DNA from: Ascidiella aspersa
Taxonomy: Eukaryota
Assembly: GCA_963924565.1 (NCBI GenBank)
Contig: OZ004607.1
Coordinates: 8,680,001 to 8,744,000, forward strand
Length of the DNA stretch: 64,000 nucleotides
Direction: 5' to 3'
A model generated the notes under the pieces. It did no database searches. It was not told the DNA's origin and worked only from the letters and a program-made list of their open reading frames with translations. The translations under genes and the position numbers were made by a program. Positions 1 through 14,198 of the stretch are shown here, piece after piece; the stretch's first letter is position 1, and each line of letters starts with the position of its first letter.

Positions 1-1388
1 AGTCTACTTTCACACCTCAATATAATATACGTAGGCCTAAATCCGAAAATTGGACGCAATTTCTGCTAAACATTTATGTGAGTCGAGATAGGCAATTAAA
101 AATTATATTGACATCTTATACAATTGATTGGGAGGTATTTCGCTCAACGTGATTAACAGTTCAGGTAAAAATAAGTCGTTTAAAATTAGTGGCCTCGTCA
201 TACTATACTGGAAACCTATTACTTTATGGATATCGAAGAAAATGAAAAGTTAAACGCCTGGACATTTTGCTGGAACAGATTTGTTTATACCATGCTTCTT
301 TACATGTTACTACTGAAAAGGCTACTGCTGAAAGAGTTGGGAAAAAACGTTTGAAAACTGCGTGATTTCTTATTAAAATACACGAAAATTGCTTTTTTAT
401 TTATGTTTTATTATGACACATTTTTTTGTATAATTAGCACATAGCAATACACGCATTTTACGTAAAAGCGACAATAAAAATCTAAAAATAAACTCACAAA
501 TACATTTATTTATCATATTTGGACGACGATAGTATACATCATACCGAATATAGTAATGTGCAGTTTACGCTAAGATACATTTTTATCAGAAACATGTATA
601 GAAATACCTCACGCGTCGTCTTATAACATAGCTGTGACAAATCAAGACTTTAAACTTCAGAATAATATTCACTTTAAACTTCAGAATAAAACAGGTTACA
701 GGCAACTCGCAAACATTTTGTGGATGACTTAAATCGCAAAATACCTCGAAACACAGTCACAAAATTTCACTTTTTAAAAAACCAGACTGATTTGAAAGGT
801 TACATGGAAAGTTAAAAAGTATCGCAAAACGTGTTATTGAAGTACATTTGTTATTTACATTTCACCCAACATACCTGATAACTTTGCTAAAATCAGCGCG
901 TAGTTGACGACCGCGAATTGCAACAATAAGCACAATCTAACCACATACCTTTACGACTTACGTGTACATCGTACATAAAAAAACACTGAAGACAAATTAA
1001 CAACACACAAGCACATACAAAGCAATAAAAAAGCGTTCACTTTGCGATTAAATCGTCTTGCGCCCCAAACTACATGACAAAAGCTAATATTTTTTTAAAT
1101 AATGAAAACTTTGCGTCATCATTTCATTTCCTATTTTACTCAAAAACTGATTTTTACACTGAAAATGACAACTAACATTGTTTTGATTTTACGATCAACA
1201 AAATAGCCCTTTGCAACGTCAATACCTATTTGCATCTTAAAAAATAAAATTTACTCAAATAAATCCGTTTTCGGAAGTCGTTTTACATCAAAAGGTGATT
1301 TGCCATGGAGTCACAAAGAAGAGAAATTGTTGCAAAACCTGTAGGAAGGAGATTGTCAGCGTCTCAATCGCAAATCAGCAGGCGAAAG

Positions 1389-4300
1389 TCACTTCTTTTT
1401 TAGTAGATCGCCCTGGCCCATAAAAGCTTCTTTGCTCAGCTTACCGCATTTCAGGTTGGAAGGCACGGCAACATCTGTACAAACGACAAACGTGTATATG
1501 AGTTAATACTAGTTAATCGCGTCGCAGGGTTATCACAGGGCAGCCGTCAGGGGCGGAACATTAGGCAAGCACTGTACCAAATTATACTTATTTTTTTTTC
1601 GTTTTAAGGACATCTATTCAGCCCTCATACTCTGGCATGTTACCTCATGTGAAGTTATAAACTTTATAAAGTTCAATTTTTTGTCAAATTACACTATTAG
1701 TTATTTTATTTCGCGCAACATGTGAATCTCTTTTATGTGCCCAACGTCACAGAACCTTTTACATTAGAAGTGCTGACAATTTAAATCAAATAAACGTAAT
1801 TTTTGGCACTTGCGCTATAATACTGAATTCGGCTGCAATTATAATATTTTAGTTATTTATGGTCATGGTTTAACCTTTTTAGTGTCATTTCGCACAGCAT
1901 TAATAAAAATAAATAAACAAGCGAAAGGATGGATTATATTATTTGCTTATTAACCTTGTATTTCATATGATTGTCAAACCTAATCCACGTTTAATGGTCA
2001 TTTGAGCATAGGTATTTTTATTTTTTTAAGGAAAATTGTGTGACGTTTACAATAAGTAACACTAAAAATTGTAAGAATTGCGTGGCATTCGATAAATAAA
2101 AAAATTTGTAAAACTTTGTATTCAATACCACATAAGTTTTGACCCAAGCTAAACTTAATGCAAATACTTAGGTCAATTATTCGGTTACGTTTTACTAGCA
2201 TACAATAAACACAATTCTTTTTGCGTTTGTTTGTGCTATAAACCAGGCTGCCTAAAGACACATTACCGCATGACTTGCTATTAAATTTATGCAAAGCCTT
2301 ATTCCAATCAAAGGACGGCAGTGTATTTAACCTTAAAAATAAACAAAATCTGCCGACGACGCGTTTTGCACTGCTTACATAGCTAGCCGGGGGCCTACAG
2401 TGTACAGCAGTAGGCGTTACCTAAAAGCAAACATCAGCCCACAGCCGCAGTCGCAATGTCAACACACTACAGCCAATGGCAACAGCTCACACGCCCACCC
2501 CACGCCCCCTATTATTAGTTAGAGGCTGCGAACTGAACGCCACAGATGAACCGAAGGACACAAACTCTACAAGGCCTTTCGAAAAGCTTTTTAAACAATC
2601 GGGTGACCAATTATAAAATTAGTTACACCATCAGCTACCCGTTTATACCACCTTAATAGAAACGCGACATAGCAGCAGCCTCATATAACCGCAGGTGTTT
2701 TTAGAGTGACGTTGTTTTTTTAAAGCATTGCTGAGAGCGGTTTCACCGTGTCTGCAATACTGTAAAGCTCTTTTTAGTTTTTCAGTTTTACGATTTTCGA
2801 ATTGTTGCGTTTTAAAAACGTACTGGAGCACACAAAAAAAAGCTTTCAGTGAAAAATGTAAATTGGTGGAAAACCACGTGATGGAAAACCGTTTAACGAC
2901 TATAACTTAGTCAACATATAAACTATTCCTGTCAGACGAAATATAAATCAAAAGCTCATCTGAGAAATACAATAGCTAGAAAAGCTGTTTTGCTTGATAA
3001 CTCGGTTGATTAGTACCGTTTAATATGGTTTTAATTTACAAGTTGTGAAAATGATAAGTCACCTATCATCTTGGGATACTTGAGATTAAGTTCCTTCATG
3101 AACTGAACGAATTCGTCCTTGGGCAAGGTCAGACGCGGGTTGAGCAGTTTTTCTTCAGCCACCGTCGTTACTGAAAAACCTATGAAAAATATTTTTTTAA
3201 ACTTAAATAGGTGTAACTAATGCATTTTATTTCATGGTCAATATTTAGAAAACTACAGCGTATAGATTTTATACGAAACACCCAACCCTAAATACATTCA
3301 AAAACGATTTTTCCCCAAAAGCACCAAAAAGTTAATAAAGGTATTAAGAAATATTTCCAATGTTTAAGAAAGAAGCACATTACACCGTCTGGTAAAATGG
3401 ATTCCGGGGAAAATCCATTTAAGTTGTGATATCGGGAAAACAAACTAAAAAATGTGTTTGCAAATAGCAAGACACTTCGGTACGAAAAAGACAAAGAAAA
3501 TCCTTGTTAAGACGTGTACTTGACTGCATTTGAAGAAGTCCAAATAATAGCTTACCCAATCTATAAATAGACTCGTTTGATTACTAACGCTGTCTGCCTT
3601 CAACGGTGAGGTTCGGGTTTAGCAAAGAGAGAAACTGCTGGCTCATTTAAAATGCTGTGATAAGCTATTTTCGTAGGTACACAAAGGGAGCCCATACGCG
3701 GGACATGACAAAAAACAAGCATGGGCGTCTAGTTTAATTCAGACACAATACCCCACTGTAGTTCTTCACGATTGACAAATTCAATTTCGGAAGGAATGAC
3801 GTGGAGTTTAACGAACACACGGTGCAACGCTTAAACAAGCGCAAACACATTTTATCACTTGTCGCAACTATAGCACAATGATTCTTTATTTCACTGTTTA
3901 ACGCTTTCCTTGTTGTTTGGCCATCAACAACCGGCCAACCACTCGTAATTGACCGGCCTTAAAAGTCAAAGGTAGGACGCATACGGCGTACTGTTTAGCA
4001 ATTTAAAGCTTAAACTGGATCATTAAGTACATCGTTGACCTTATAGACTGAATTTGATTTTGGTTTTGAGCTAAATATCGAACACAACTGTGTGACGTAT
4101 GTCGGAAAGTTAAGGTTGTAGTTTACCCGAGTAGTCGTGAGCCGGGTAGAGAAAGTAGTGGTCAGGCAAGGAAAAAATGCGATGATGCACGGAATCGTAG
4201 AGTAGTGAAGAGTCGCCTGCAAAAAACAAATCAAGTTCAATTTTGTTTAAAAGGGAAAAAATAGTTTTCTGAGAAAAGAACAAAAAAATTGTTACGCTTC

Positions 4301-7078
4301 ATTCCCTTTGAAGTAAACAATTTTGCTTTAGTATGTTGCACCACCCTTTTCAGTGTGTTTGACAATGGATCACACACTTTTGCAGAAAACATTACAACAC
4401 TAAGGTATTTTTTACTGAATCTGAAAGCAATGATATCAATTTTTTGCCTTTCAACTTCGCTACGTTTACTCGTATATTAACAATCAAAAAGTAAACGCAA
4501 AAAGTAAAAAAAAACAAGGGTTTAAACGCATGATACTGTACTTTGCTGGCTTTTTAACTCTGGTTTAACTTCCTCACCAAAATATAATAGCTATCATATA
4601 TTTAAGGTGCTTAATCAGGGCATTAATGGGGTCGCTGGCGTTTCAGGTTACAGGTTGGCATTTATGACATCCACTTGTGTAGTAAAAAGGGCTCACGGTG
4701 GAAAAACGTGATCTGCTGGAATCGCCTAATGGAGAGACTGTCTAACAATTAAGCAGTTTTTTCTTAAAGTTACCTACAATATGTAACTGGATTAAAACCG
4801 CCCAAAAATGTTAAAACGTTTTTTTTTTGCACAAAATGCAACATGGCCAAAACAATTAGGCTTTGGTTTATCGCTTACTTTTTGTTGAAAACACTATGAG
4901 GAGTTTTTGACTGGTATATTAGGTCTAATTAAAAAATGTTTGCCTTTTGAAATGATTTTTTTGTATTCAGCTAAATAACTATCTTACTTTACCCAGGTGT
5001 GCAGGTGCAAGATAAAATGCAAGGGTTGTGTAAAAGGGAAAATAAACTTGTTTTATTAAAAAAAAATAATTTTGTCCACGTTTTTACATGCAGCTTCTCG
5101 CTAAAGTAGCTATATCTCATAAACGATAGAATACCTTGTTGAAAGTCTGTTCTACCACACGCTCTTATTAGCAGAGTATCTCCTGTAAAGGCCATGGAGT
5201 GGTCAGGAAGGATGTAAGTCATACATCCACTTGTGTGACCGGGTGTCGCTGAACAATGGATGGACTGCCACACACAAACAAATATTTATTAACCTAATAA
5301 ATTGGAATAATGATCATTAATTAATAAGAAAAGAAAATAGTCTTTATCTTGCCCCAATTTTTTAAGGATGAACAAATAAAAAATATTACAATGTTGATGC
5401 TGTGTTACAAGCAAATACAATGGTTATACTAATTTGGAAAACTTTTTACACTTAAATCTATCTCCTGTAGCATAAAATTTTAACATCACTAGCTATTTAA
5501 TAAAAAAAACTCTCTCTCTCTCTCTCTCTTTAAAATATGTTTCTATGTAAAAATAAAGCTCACAAATTTGTTTTAACTAAAACGAAAAAGGTCACAAACA
5601 GGAGACAACCTGATCTCCAAAAGGTATCACTTGACCATCTTCAACTAACAGATCGGCCTTGCCACCTGATACTTTGGAAAGAACTGAACTGAAGTTGGGC
5701 AGAAACTCCTTTAGCTTTCCGGTGCCAGTAACATGATCAGCATGCACATGAGTGTTCACTAGCAATACAAAATATATGTCATTATAAAAAAAACATTCGT
5801 TTTTATTTAGTGTCATAAATTGTTGACGAATTCAATAAAAGTATTTTTTATTTGCTTGTAGTAAAATTCCACGTACAAATGTACATTTATGCTGTAAAAA
5901 TAGTTTTAAAAATTTATTTAATCAAACATTAACATGGCAAAGATAATACCATTTTAAGGTACTTCCAATGAATGATAAACATTTAGCTGAACCATAAATT
6001 GCAACAGTGTGTAAAAGAAACAGTGTAATTTACAAGACAACATTTACCAAGCAGAAAAACTTACATCCATAAACAAGATTTAAATTCATTTCCTTGGCAA
6101 AGTTCAAATCCCGTTCCACCTAAACAAAAAATTTTCACAATTATCAAAAAAATAATTTATGCCTATTAAACAGTAAAAAAGTAATCACAATAAAAAATAC
6201 TGCTGAGTCATTCCATGTCAAACGTCCAAGAAAAATAGCAAAAGTTAACCCACCCTCTCAGATTTTGTTGAAAATTGGTAGTCTTATAGAACTTTTCACC
6301 ACGATTCTGAAAAAACTAAGTCTAAGAAAAAAAAAATCGCTCGAGAATCGAGAAAGTTATCGCCAATTTGAGTTTGGGTCCTGTGAGGTGGTTCTCGCTC
6401 ATGAAATATATCATAAAAGCATGAGCATAAGTTTAAACCACTATAACTTTTTTTTAATCAGTTTATCAATTTGTTTATTTGAAAACTGGTGCTACCCAGA
6501 TGTATTTTACAATATTTCACTGTTAAAAAAACATTGACGTCTTAGCTCCCCCTGTGTTTGGGGGGGAATCGGAGCCCAGTTTTCATGTTTATTCATGCGT
6601 AACGAAAACTTTTGATGCCTGTATCTCGAAGAGCACAGAAGGTATCACCTTGTGTAATACATCATTTGAAAGCTCTTCACTAGCAGAATTTGCTTGTAAA
6701 ATCTGAAGGCTGCTTCTTTTGTTTAAGGCAAAAAAGTACATGGAATGCTCTCAAACATACAAATAAACAAAAGTCACTAAAAAATAAAAAAAACCTACCA
6801 TTTCAATTACTGGATCAATGATAACAGCTTTATGAGTCTTTGCGCATCCGAGAATGTAAGTGTAAGTGTAGGATTCATCATGAAATAACTTGAAAAATAA
6901 TGTTATACCTTTAAGTGGTATGTATTATTAACATGGCATGTATCTTTCATTAATATAACGATTTTCAAATTTAAGTAACTGGTAAATATATATTTTAATA
7001 TTTGATAATACCTGGCGAAATATTAGGCTTTGTCTGTCACTTTTAACCTGGGCATGCTGGTGTCGGGCTAGTTGAATC
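1389..7078 (-). CDS. ETHE1: Persulfide dioxygenase (metallo-beta-lactamase fold), spliced; 5' start unresolved
   Basis: GT-AG exons in continuous frame: 7078-7012 (..SLIFRQ), 6888-6799 ([30 protein letters not shown]), 6119-6065 ([18 protein letters not shown]), 5758-5610 ([14 protein letters not shown], HxHxDH), 5264-5135 ([27 protein letters not shown]), 4216-4127 ([20 protein letters not shown]), 3179-3063 ([14 protein letters not shown]), 1474-1389 ([14 protein letters not shown]). Motifs match the ETHE1 family. Confidence 0.96.
5509..5528. repeat. (CT)n microsatellite in an ETHE1 intron
   Basis: Direct reading of the sequence. Confidence 0.85.
6205..6750. mobile_element. Non-autonomous DNA transposon with GAG...CTC termini (Sola2-like, tentative) in an ETHE1 intron
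   Basis: Left GAGTCATTCCATGT, right ACATGGAATG-CTC (inverted, 1-nt deletion). No clear TSD. Confidence 0.55.
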
Positions 7079-8299
7079 CTCAAAAAATAAAATAAAAAAT
7101 TTAAGTATTTTAAAACAAACTTTTAATCTAAAAAAGACAGAGAAAAAAACTGTATCATGCAAATAATGCATACCCATTACATTCCAGTCCTTCGCTGCAA
7201 AAGATTTATGATGTGTGTGCCCAAAACCCGCCAGTGATATTATTTTGTATTAAATATCGCCGGCCTAGTAAATAACAAATTTTGGTAAGATTTCACAAAA
7301 AATATTTTTTGGTGGAAATCTTTGTAGGCCACAAATTATGCTGTCAGGACTGCAGATAACCCACAGTCAATTTAATCAAGAAATTCTAATTTTGTTTTGT
7401 GAGCTATCACCAGTGCTTCCTAACTTACTGTGAAGCTTGGGGAGCACAGACTGTTTTGTTTAGTGACACTGTTCCTAGTCCTGAAAACTGCTTTGTAGAC
7501 GTTGAAATTGTTCTTCCAGGTCCACACAGTATCCGACTTAATACAAGTAAACTTCTCATGTTTAGGAAACAATCTGGTATGCAACTATGAGCTCTGCCAT
7601 ACATAAAACATATAAATAAAAATTTATTACAAGTTTATATCTTGAGCGCTCTATCTGTTGTTTATGTATGTCCTTGTCTCTGTATCTAGCCTTTAGTGAA
7701 CTACCATCGACCAACTAAACGTTTATGATGTGTCATTAAAGAAAACCATTGCAAACATGGGAAAAGTCACGTAGTTTAAAGCATGCTAAACGTGTTTCTA
7801 CAAAATACTAAGATTGGTCAACATTGTGGTGTAAAAAATACAATATTTTTAAATATATAAATAAAGCAATTAGTTTCAGGGCAAGTCACGGTGAAAAACT
7901 TTATTCTTATTTGAGAAACTACATGTTTACAAAAAGAACATAACAATGATCACGTGACCTTACGTAACGCCTGAGTAGGTTTATTTTTTCCAGGGGTAAC
8001 TCCCTTTTAAGTGTTCTATAATACGAAAACGCAGGTTGGAAATTTTGATTCCAAGTGGTTCTTGAACAATTTCATAAAATTTGCATGACGTAATGAATTA
8101 AAAATTTTCACGCCCCTTAGATCTTATACTGTTAAACAAAGCACTTATTGTCCCCTGTTTTGGCATGCATAAATTGTTAGTAACCTATTGGGTTTTTATG
8201 GGTTTGTTTTGCATTAGTTTGCAACTTTACATATCAAAAGGACGAAAATGTACAATTATTACAGTAACAACACTTTTGTGAGTTGATGGAGCTTTACGG

Positions 8300-8364
8300 C
8301 CGTCCCATTAAACTCGCACAATCTTACTGAAGACCGTCCCATGTAAACTCGCACAATCTTACTG
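8300..8364. repeat. Two-copy ~34-bp tandem duplication
   Basis: CCGTCCCAT(G)TAAACTCGCACAATCTTACTG at 8300 and 8334. Confidence 0.85.
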
Positions 8365-8779
8365 GTCCCCAGATTGGGAAGTCCTGGGCAATCCGACGCC
8401 GATTGACGTTATTACTATGTCAAAACAGGCAAAATAGATAATATTTAACCGTTTTTTACGCTATTGTGGCCAAATTTTCTTTGTTTGGAAAGTTAAGTTA
8501 TGTCTTAGATGTTAAATTACAATTTTTTCTTGAACTTTTCTTTCAAGGTAGAATCGCTGCGTTGGTGCGCAGATCATGGCTGAAATTCATCGCAGGAGTT
8601 CCGATACTACTTGTTGGCACCGGATATCGACGAGATTCAATATTATTGGAATCCTCAAATGTAAAAAAAAACACTGAAGTTGAGTTTAAAACCGGTGAGT
8701 TGGAATTAAAATGTTTGCCAATGTATAGCAGGCGCAAGTAATATTTGGCAAAATTACCCAACTGCGCCGCCTGTAGTAT

Positions 8780-9527
8780 TAGGGCTACCATATTTCCAAA
8801 ACCCAAAAAGAGAACATTTTTTTAAAGTAAAACGAAAAGTAGAATTGTTACGTTTGAGTTTGATGATGTTTTATATTTCCTTGGTATAGTTGCATGAATA
8901 CTTTGCGGTTCCCTTAATTTTTCTAACAAGGAATGATCATTTTTATTGAGATCGTGAAATTATATACAAACTTCGAGATGCTCGAAACTGATCCAACTAA
9001 TAGGCTGTCTATTTCTTCGGCACCATTGTGGCTGCAAGAAAAATGCGTTTAATATTTGCATTATGGGCTATAATGCTAAAGTAAAATTACGCGATCTTTA
9101 ACAGTTCACTATAAACATTTTCTTCGGTTCTGAAAAAGCTGGAAATAATGCTGGACATACAGTGACACTGATATAGGCTAGGCCCACGAGACTCACACCT
9201 TTGCTTTAATAATGAGCCTTTTTACATGTGAGTTTCTATTGCAATTTTTCTGGCGCAATGTTTGCAATAACAATCAAGAAGGTATAGGGCTGGTAGGGCA
9301 ATTTAAAACCTCTTTTAAACCAGCCATTCAGCATGTTTCATGGCTACAGTATTTTTTTGGAAATAAATGCAACGTCTCGCCTAACTGTCTTGTTGAAAGT
9401 ATAAGCAGCTAACTCGAAATGCGAAAAAACAGGTCATTTGGGCATTTTTTAGCGTCCTCGTAGGACCTTTTACTTTCCTTAAGAAATGAGGACAAATCCT
9501 CCTAAAAGAGGACATATTGTAGGCCTA
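8780..9527. mobile_element. Degenerate hAT-type MITE (TAGGG termini, AAAAGAGGACA subterminal motifs)
   Basis: TAGGGCTACCATAT left, ATATTGTAGGCCTA right. A related end lies at ~12480-12502. Confidence 0.5.
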
Positions 9528-9738
9528 CTTTAGTTACTCGGCTTTACACTAGCGGATTAAATCGTGGTGTGTACTGAGATTTAACTATCTATATAAATAA
9601 CAGGCAATTTTGACTGAGTGAAATGACTCTGTTTAGAGCTCAAGAAATTATATTGACACGGACAGTTATTATAACGGCCTGCCCTTTATGAGTCGGATAC
9701 ATACTAAATCACACGCAAAAGACTTATAGCCTCTATCC

Positions 9739-10721
9739 CAGGGGTTCCCAACCTTTTTACGATCTCGTACCACTTGGACGCTTTGTACTGCCACGCGTAC
9801 CACTTCTTAACGAAAAACTAATTTCATTAAATCATTTTTTTATCTATTTTTAGCCTACAACTAGCATTTATCAACGCTATTTGTAGACCAGCGTGGGCCA
9901 ATTTTTTTCATCGCGGGCCAAAAACAATTTTTGTTATATCTTGCGGGCCAATATTTTTAAATAGCGATTCTTAGGCTTATTGCTGACAAATTATACATAG
10001 TTTTTAACTTTTTTTCAGCCGCACCTCCTTTGGTAATTTTGCAATGCCTTTCGCCCCCCTACAAAAAGCAATTCGGAATTTTCAATTAAATATCACTTAG
10101 ACAATTTAAAAATAGTAACGCGAGTTGTTGGAAAATTGTTTTAGTTTAATTGGTTGGATTGGCGCTAAACTGTAAATTCAGGAGGCTTTCCGCATTGGCC
10201 ACACAACAAATTACTCGTGCTCGACACATTGATTTAAACAGTACGTTATCTTGCTTCAAAAGATCACCAGGTTAAAAACCGCTGGCCTATGGTATATATA
10301 CTAACTATATAAAATGTACACCTTTGTTCAGCTATGGAAGTTATGAAATCACAAAGGATCAATTACGAAGTTTTTTTGTTAATTACAATAACAAAAATTG
10401 AAGTGATATTGCTAGATTGAAGAAAAGCTGACTATCAGTTCGCGGGCCAAAAAAGCGGAGCTCGCGGGCCAACTTTGGCCCGCGGGCCTGCAGTTGGACC
10501 ACAGTGTTGTAGACTAAGCCGTAAAACAGTAGATCAGGGGTGGCCAACAAGCGGCTCGCGAGCCACATGCGGCTCTTCAACCAGTTTTACACGGCTCTTA
10601 CGTTTAGGTTGTAGACTATTTGAACAAAATGTAAAGTTATTAATCCATGTTTTTGTGAAAAACGGAAGCTACTCGCGTACCACCTGATAAACTGTCGCGT
10701 ACCACAGGTTGGGAACCCCTG
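9739..10721. mobile_element. hAT (Buster/Charlie-type) MITE, outer member of a nested cluster
   Basis: Perfect TIR CAGGGGTTCCCAACC...GGTTGGGAACCCCTG. 8-bp TSD CTCTATCC/CTCTATAC. Confidence 0.9.
9889..10506. mobile_element. hAT MITE nested inside the previous element
   Basis: Imperfect TIR CAGCGTGGGCCAA...TTGGACCACAGTG. Perfect 8-bp TSD TTGTAGAC (9881-9888, 10507-10514). GCGGGCC subterminal repeats. Confidence 0.88.
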
Positions 10722-11580
10722 CTCTATACCGAATAAATGGGGCATTTCAGTCATAATTTGACACCCAACGCAGTCTACCATAAAATATAAGTTTGTCAAA
10801 AAAATAGGTTAACAACGATTTGACCTAAAAATGGAAAAATTACAGTTGAATTTTTAAATTTTATCTATTTGTCTTCTTTGAGCAAAATAATGACGTCATT
10901 TGGTATCGGATCGCGATACTTTTTGTCCAAAATATCAGGGATCGGTATCGGAATAAAATGTCAAGCAGCAGAAATCTCCATAATGTACAATGTAATATTC
11001 AATATGTTTTTATTTCAACTATTAAAAATCACTTCGTGGAATCCATTAAACGCCACACGACTATTGAGTTAAATCAGTATACGAAGACGTGGTTAGTATT
11101 AATGAAGTCCAGCCTAATTTATTCAATTGCCTGTTTTATTTCTTAAACTATGGGTCCCTGTTTGATTTGGTTGGGTCGCCGAATGTCTGCAGTCGGCGAC
11201 TCAACTATATATTAAACAGCGACGTAATTTTAGGTCGCGACACATAAGTTGAGAAAAACACTGCCTTAAAGAAACGAAAGACGTGTTCATTTAAATTGAA
11301 CATAAACGTGCGTTACACACGAGTATTTCACAATGTCAACTTAAAAATAAAGCAGATTTTGGTTATGTATACTGTAATTTAAGTTAAATACGGTGTTTTT
11401 ATTTTAAATTCGTTCAAAAAAATTAAAAAAAATATTCTTAGGGAATTATAAGTAAACTGGGCTCATTGCCCCAATTGTATACAATATTTGTGCCATTTAT
11501 TAAAGGTCGGTTACCACCTTGTGAATCGTGCTACCATCTTACGATTATCACGTGGGGCCATGAGACCAGCATAAGAGGTG

Positions 11581-11622
11581 ATAAAAAAACGTGACGTTTA
11601 TCATAAAAAACGTGACGTTTAT
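11581..11622. repeat. Tandem ~21-bp duplication, each unit containing ACGTG (HRE core) overlapping TGACGT (CRE-like)
   Basis: ATAAAAAA(A)CGTGACGTTTAT twice, in the ETHE1/HIF-alpha divergent intergenic region. Confidence 0.75.
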
Positions 11623-13329
11623 TTTTTTGCCGTACTTCACTTTGGCCACTAGACCAATATACCATACGCAATACACATCTCTTTTCAGGTCTACGGTTTT
11701 AATAAATGTTGTGCATGTGCGCAGTCTAGTGTTTTAAAATTATTAAAAGTAATATTTTTGTAGAATTAGTAGGATAAGGCATTTATTAGCTGAGGCAAAA
11801 CAACAGCGGTGAACTCAAGCCTTGAAGAACCCAAAGACATTCAGTTATCACGAGAAAAATAAACCGTAAAACCCGTTAAGCGCACGTGTAGTTAAAATAG
11901 TATTTTGAACAGACTAAAGTTACTATAGAACTGTGGTTCCCAACCGTTTAGTGTGTACACCGTAAACACCGAGCAGAGAAACAGCTTTACTTGTATAAAG
12001 TAATAGAAAATGTGTTATTGCTCAAACAGCTATTTTGGCAGCGAAACGAAACAAAGTCCACTGTGGGACAAACTTTGAGGACCCTAACTAAGACTTGACC
12101 CGAGTCGCGCAACATATAAAGTCTGGTCACTTAAAAAGAGGACAATTTTGCCTAAAAAATCCATAAGTCCCATGAAAATAATATCAAGTTTAATGAACGT
12201 ATCTACTGTTTTTTGAATAAAACGCGGCAATTTTGTTTAGCAATTTACATAATAAATATTTAGAGTTTTCCACTTTTTTAAATATGAATTTTTAAAAGAA
12301 TTATAAGAAAAATGATCAGAACTGGTGCTGTCGCCGAAAAGTCATTTTGACTTATGTTCCATCCTGAAAACTCTACTAATAATTTATATATGTTGTAAGT
12401 ATAAAACAAAATGCTAAATGACAAAATATAGGAAGGTTTCAGTATCCTCGAAGGGTCATTTCAAAGGTGATTCCTATAAAAAGAGGATGTATCGTAGCCC
12501 TATTTTATAGTGTGCATTTTTATGGTAATTATGTACTTAAGAGAGATTTGTCTCAAGGATTTTTTTAACTTTGTCATGAGTAAATATTATAAAGCAATGC
12601 ATAATCTGTGAGCCTTATTAAAAAGTATAACATCAGACAAAAATTACAAAGCGCAATTTAAAAGTTATGCAGCTTTGTTATAAAAATAACTTCCAAGTTT
12701 GAATTAGGCGCTCAATGAAGTACTCCGAGTCAAAAATAAAAAAGAGAGTGTATTCTAATCCACACAAATATCTTCTTGAGTAGGAAACTGCACGGATCTC
12801 TATACAAGCTCATATATAGAGGTCACTGAAAATACCAAACAGATTTTCCACTAGCAGAGATAGAGAGTAGAAAACGTGACTTGAATATTGCAATAAACAA
12901 GTTTTCATGAGTAGCCTAAAATATAAAATTTTTCTATAATGCCGTAAACGAGCAGCTGTCAATGAAAAATACTGCAAAATCTTAAAGAAGGTGCCAATAT
13001 TAGTGGCAATATTAATTCAAAACAGTCTTTTTTACACTGATCTCCCTCCAAAATGTGAAACTTTCCCATCGCAACATACTATTGATATTTATAGATGGCG
13101 GCTGTGGTATGAACAAGTGATAACATATTCATAATAAATATCTTTCAATTGCAATTTTCGAAAAAAATAAAACGTTTGCTTAAGTAACTTCTCAAACTAC
13201 CCTAAACCCAGCACTGTCCATTAGTCCGTATGTATAGTTTTTACTTAGTACTTTTTTAAAAGAATTGGCAATTCAAATATTTTCAAGAACAATTTAGTTT
13301 TAGATTGCATCATTTTTATTTCGTCATTT

Positions 13330-13476
13330 ATTTGGCTCAGTCCTCTTTGCTTTGGCTGCAGCAGAACAGAAAACCTGTGAAGCGGAGAAATAAATGAGAG
13401 ACAGAAAGAAAAAGAGAGTGGACATCAAAATAAGAGAGAAACGAGAGAAAAAAGCATTTTTTTCTGGAAAGGTCAG
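13330..13476 (+). other. Candidate non-coding first exon of HIF-alpha
   Basis: Purine-rich tract ending in a strong donor CAG|GTAAGA, upstream of the acceptor at 14127. The 5' boundary is a guess. Confidence 0.35.
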
Positions 13477-14198
13477 GTAAGATCTTTTCACCAAATGTGT
13501 TGTTGAAATTGGATAGGTTCGCCGTCTGGAGAAAAGTGCCGAGGCTTGCTGAAACCGGCGTTACTGTGGACGTTTCGTTAAAATGTAGTCACATGTCATT
13601 TCCAAACCCCTGGATTAATATGCTCAAAAGTACTTTGTTGTTTTCATGTGCGCCGGAAGAAATGTAATATGAGACTACAGTTTCTAGACAACGGCAGGAA
13701 TCTTAAGGTTTCAGGTGTGCACAATGTAAGAAAACCCGTGTAAAATAATTGGAAACTTTATCGGATATTGATTTTGTATCAGCACTGGCAGCCGATTGTT
13801 TATGCAGCTTGCAAAGTTCTAGAAATTCCTGGACAAATGTCAGGACTTCTACAAGCTATTATTCTTCCAAGGTTTTGTTTTTTAACCTAAAAAAGGGACT
13901 AGATCTGTGCAGTTTAAAGTTAGGTAATGCTTAAAGTTGATTTACACAATTTTCTGTTTGTTTTTTTATCAAGGCTGATAAACCTAACTCACAAAACCTT
14001 AGGCAAGTCTTCCAAATGTGAAGGATCAACATTGCAGGCTGCAATGAATAAGAATTCAAACAAATAGACAGACAAAACTTTTCTTAAATTTTATTAATTG
14101 CAATATGCATGCTGAACTGTTTTGCAGATATGTGATGTGAACCCAAACAGTTTCGTTAAAATTCTTTGTGTGTGAAAGCTTACCAACTACAAGGAAGT

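Noticed and set aside
3385-3445. Possible extra ETHE1 exon ([19 protein letters not shown])
   Set aside because: The flanking exons already join in frame and match the family without an insertion.
8300-8364. Repeat pair resembling a CRISPR repeat
   Set aside because: Only two nearly abutting units, no spacers, no cas genes, eukaryotic context.
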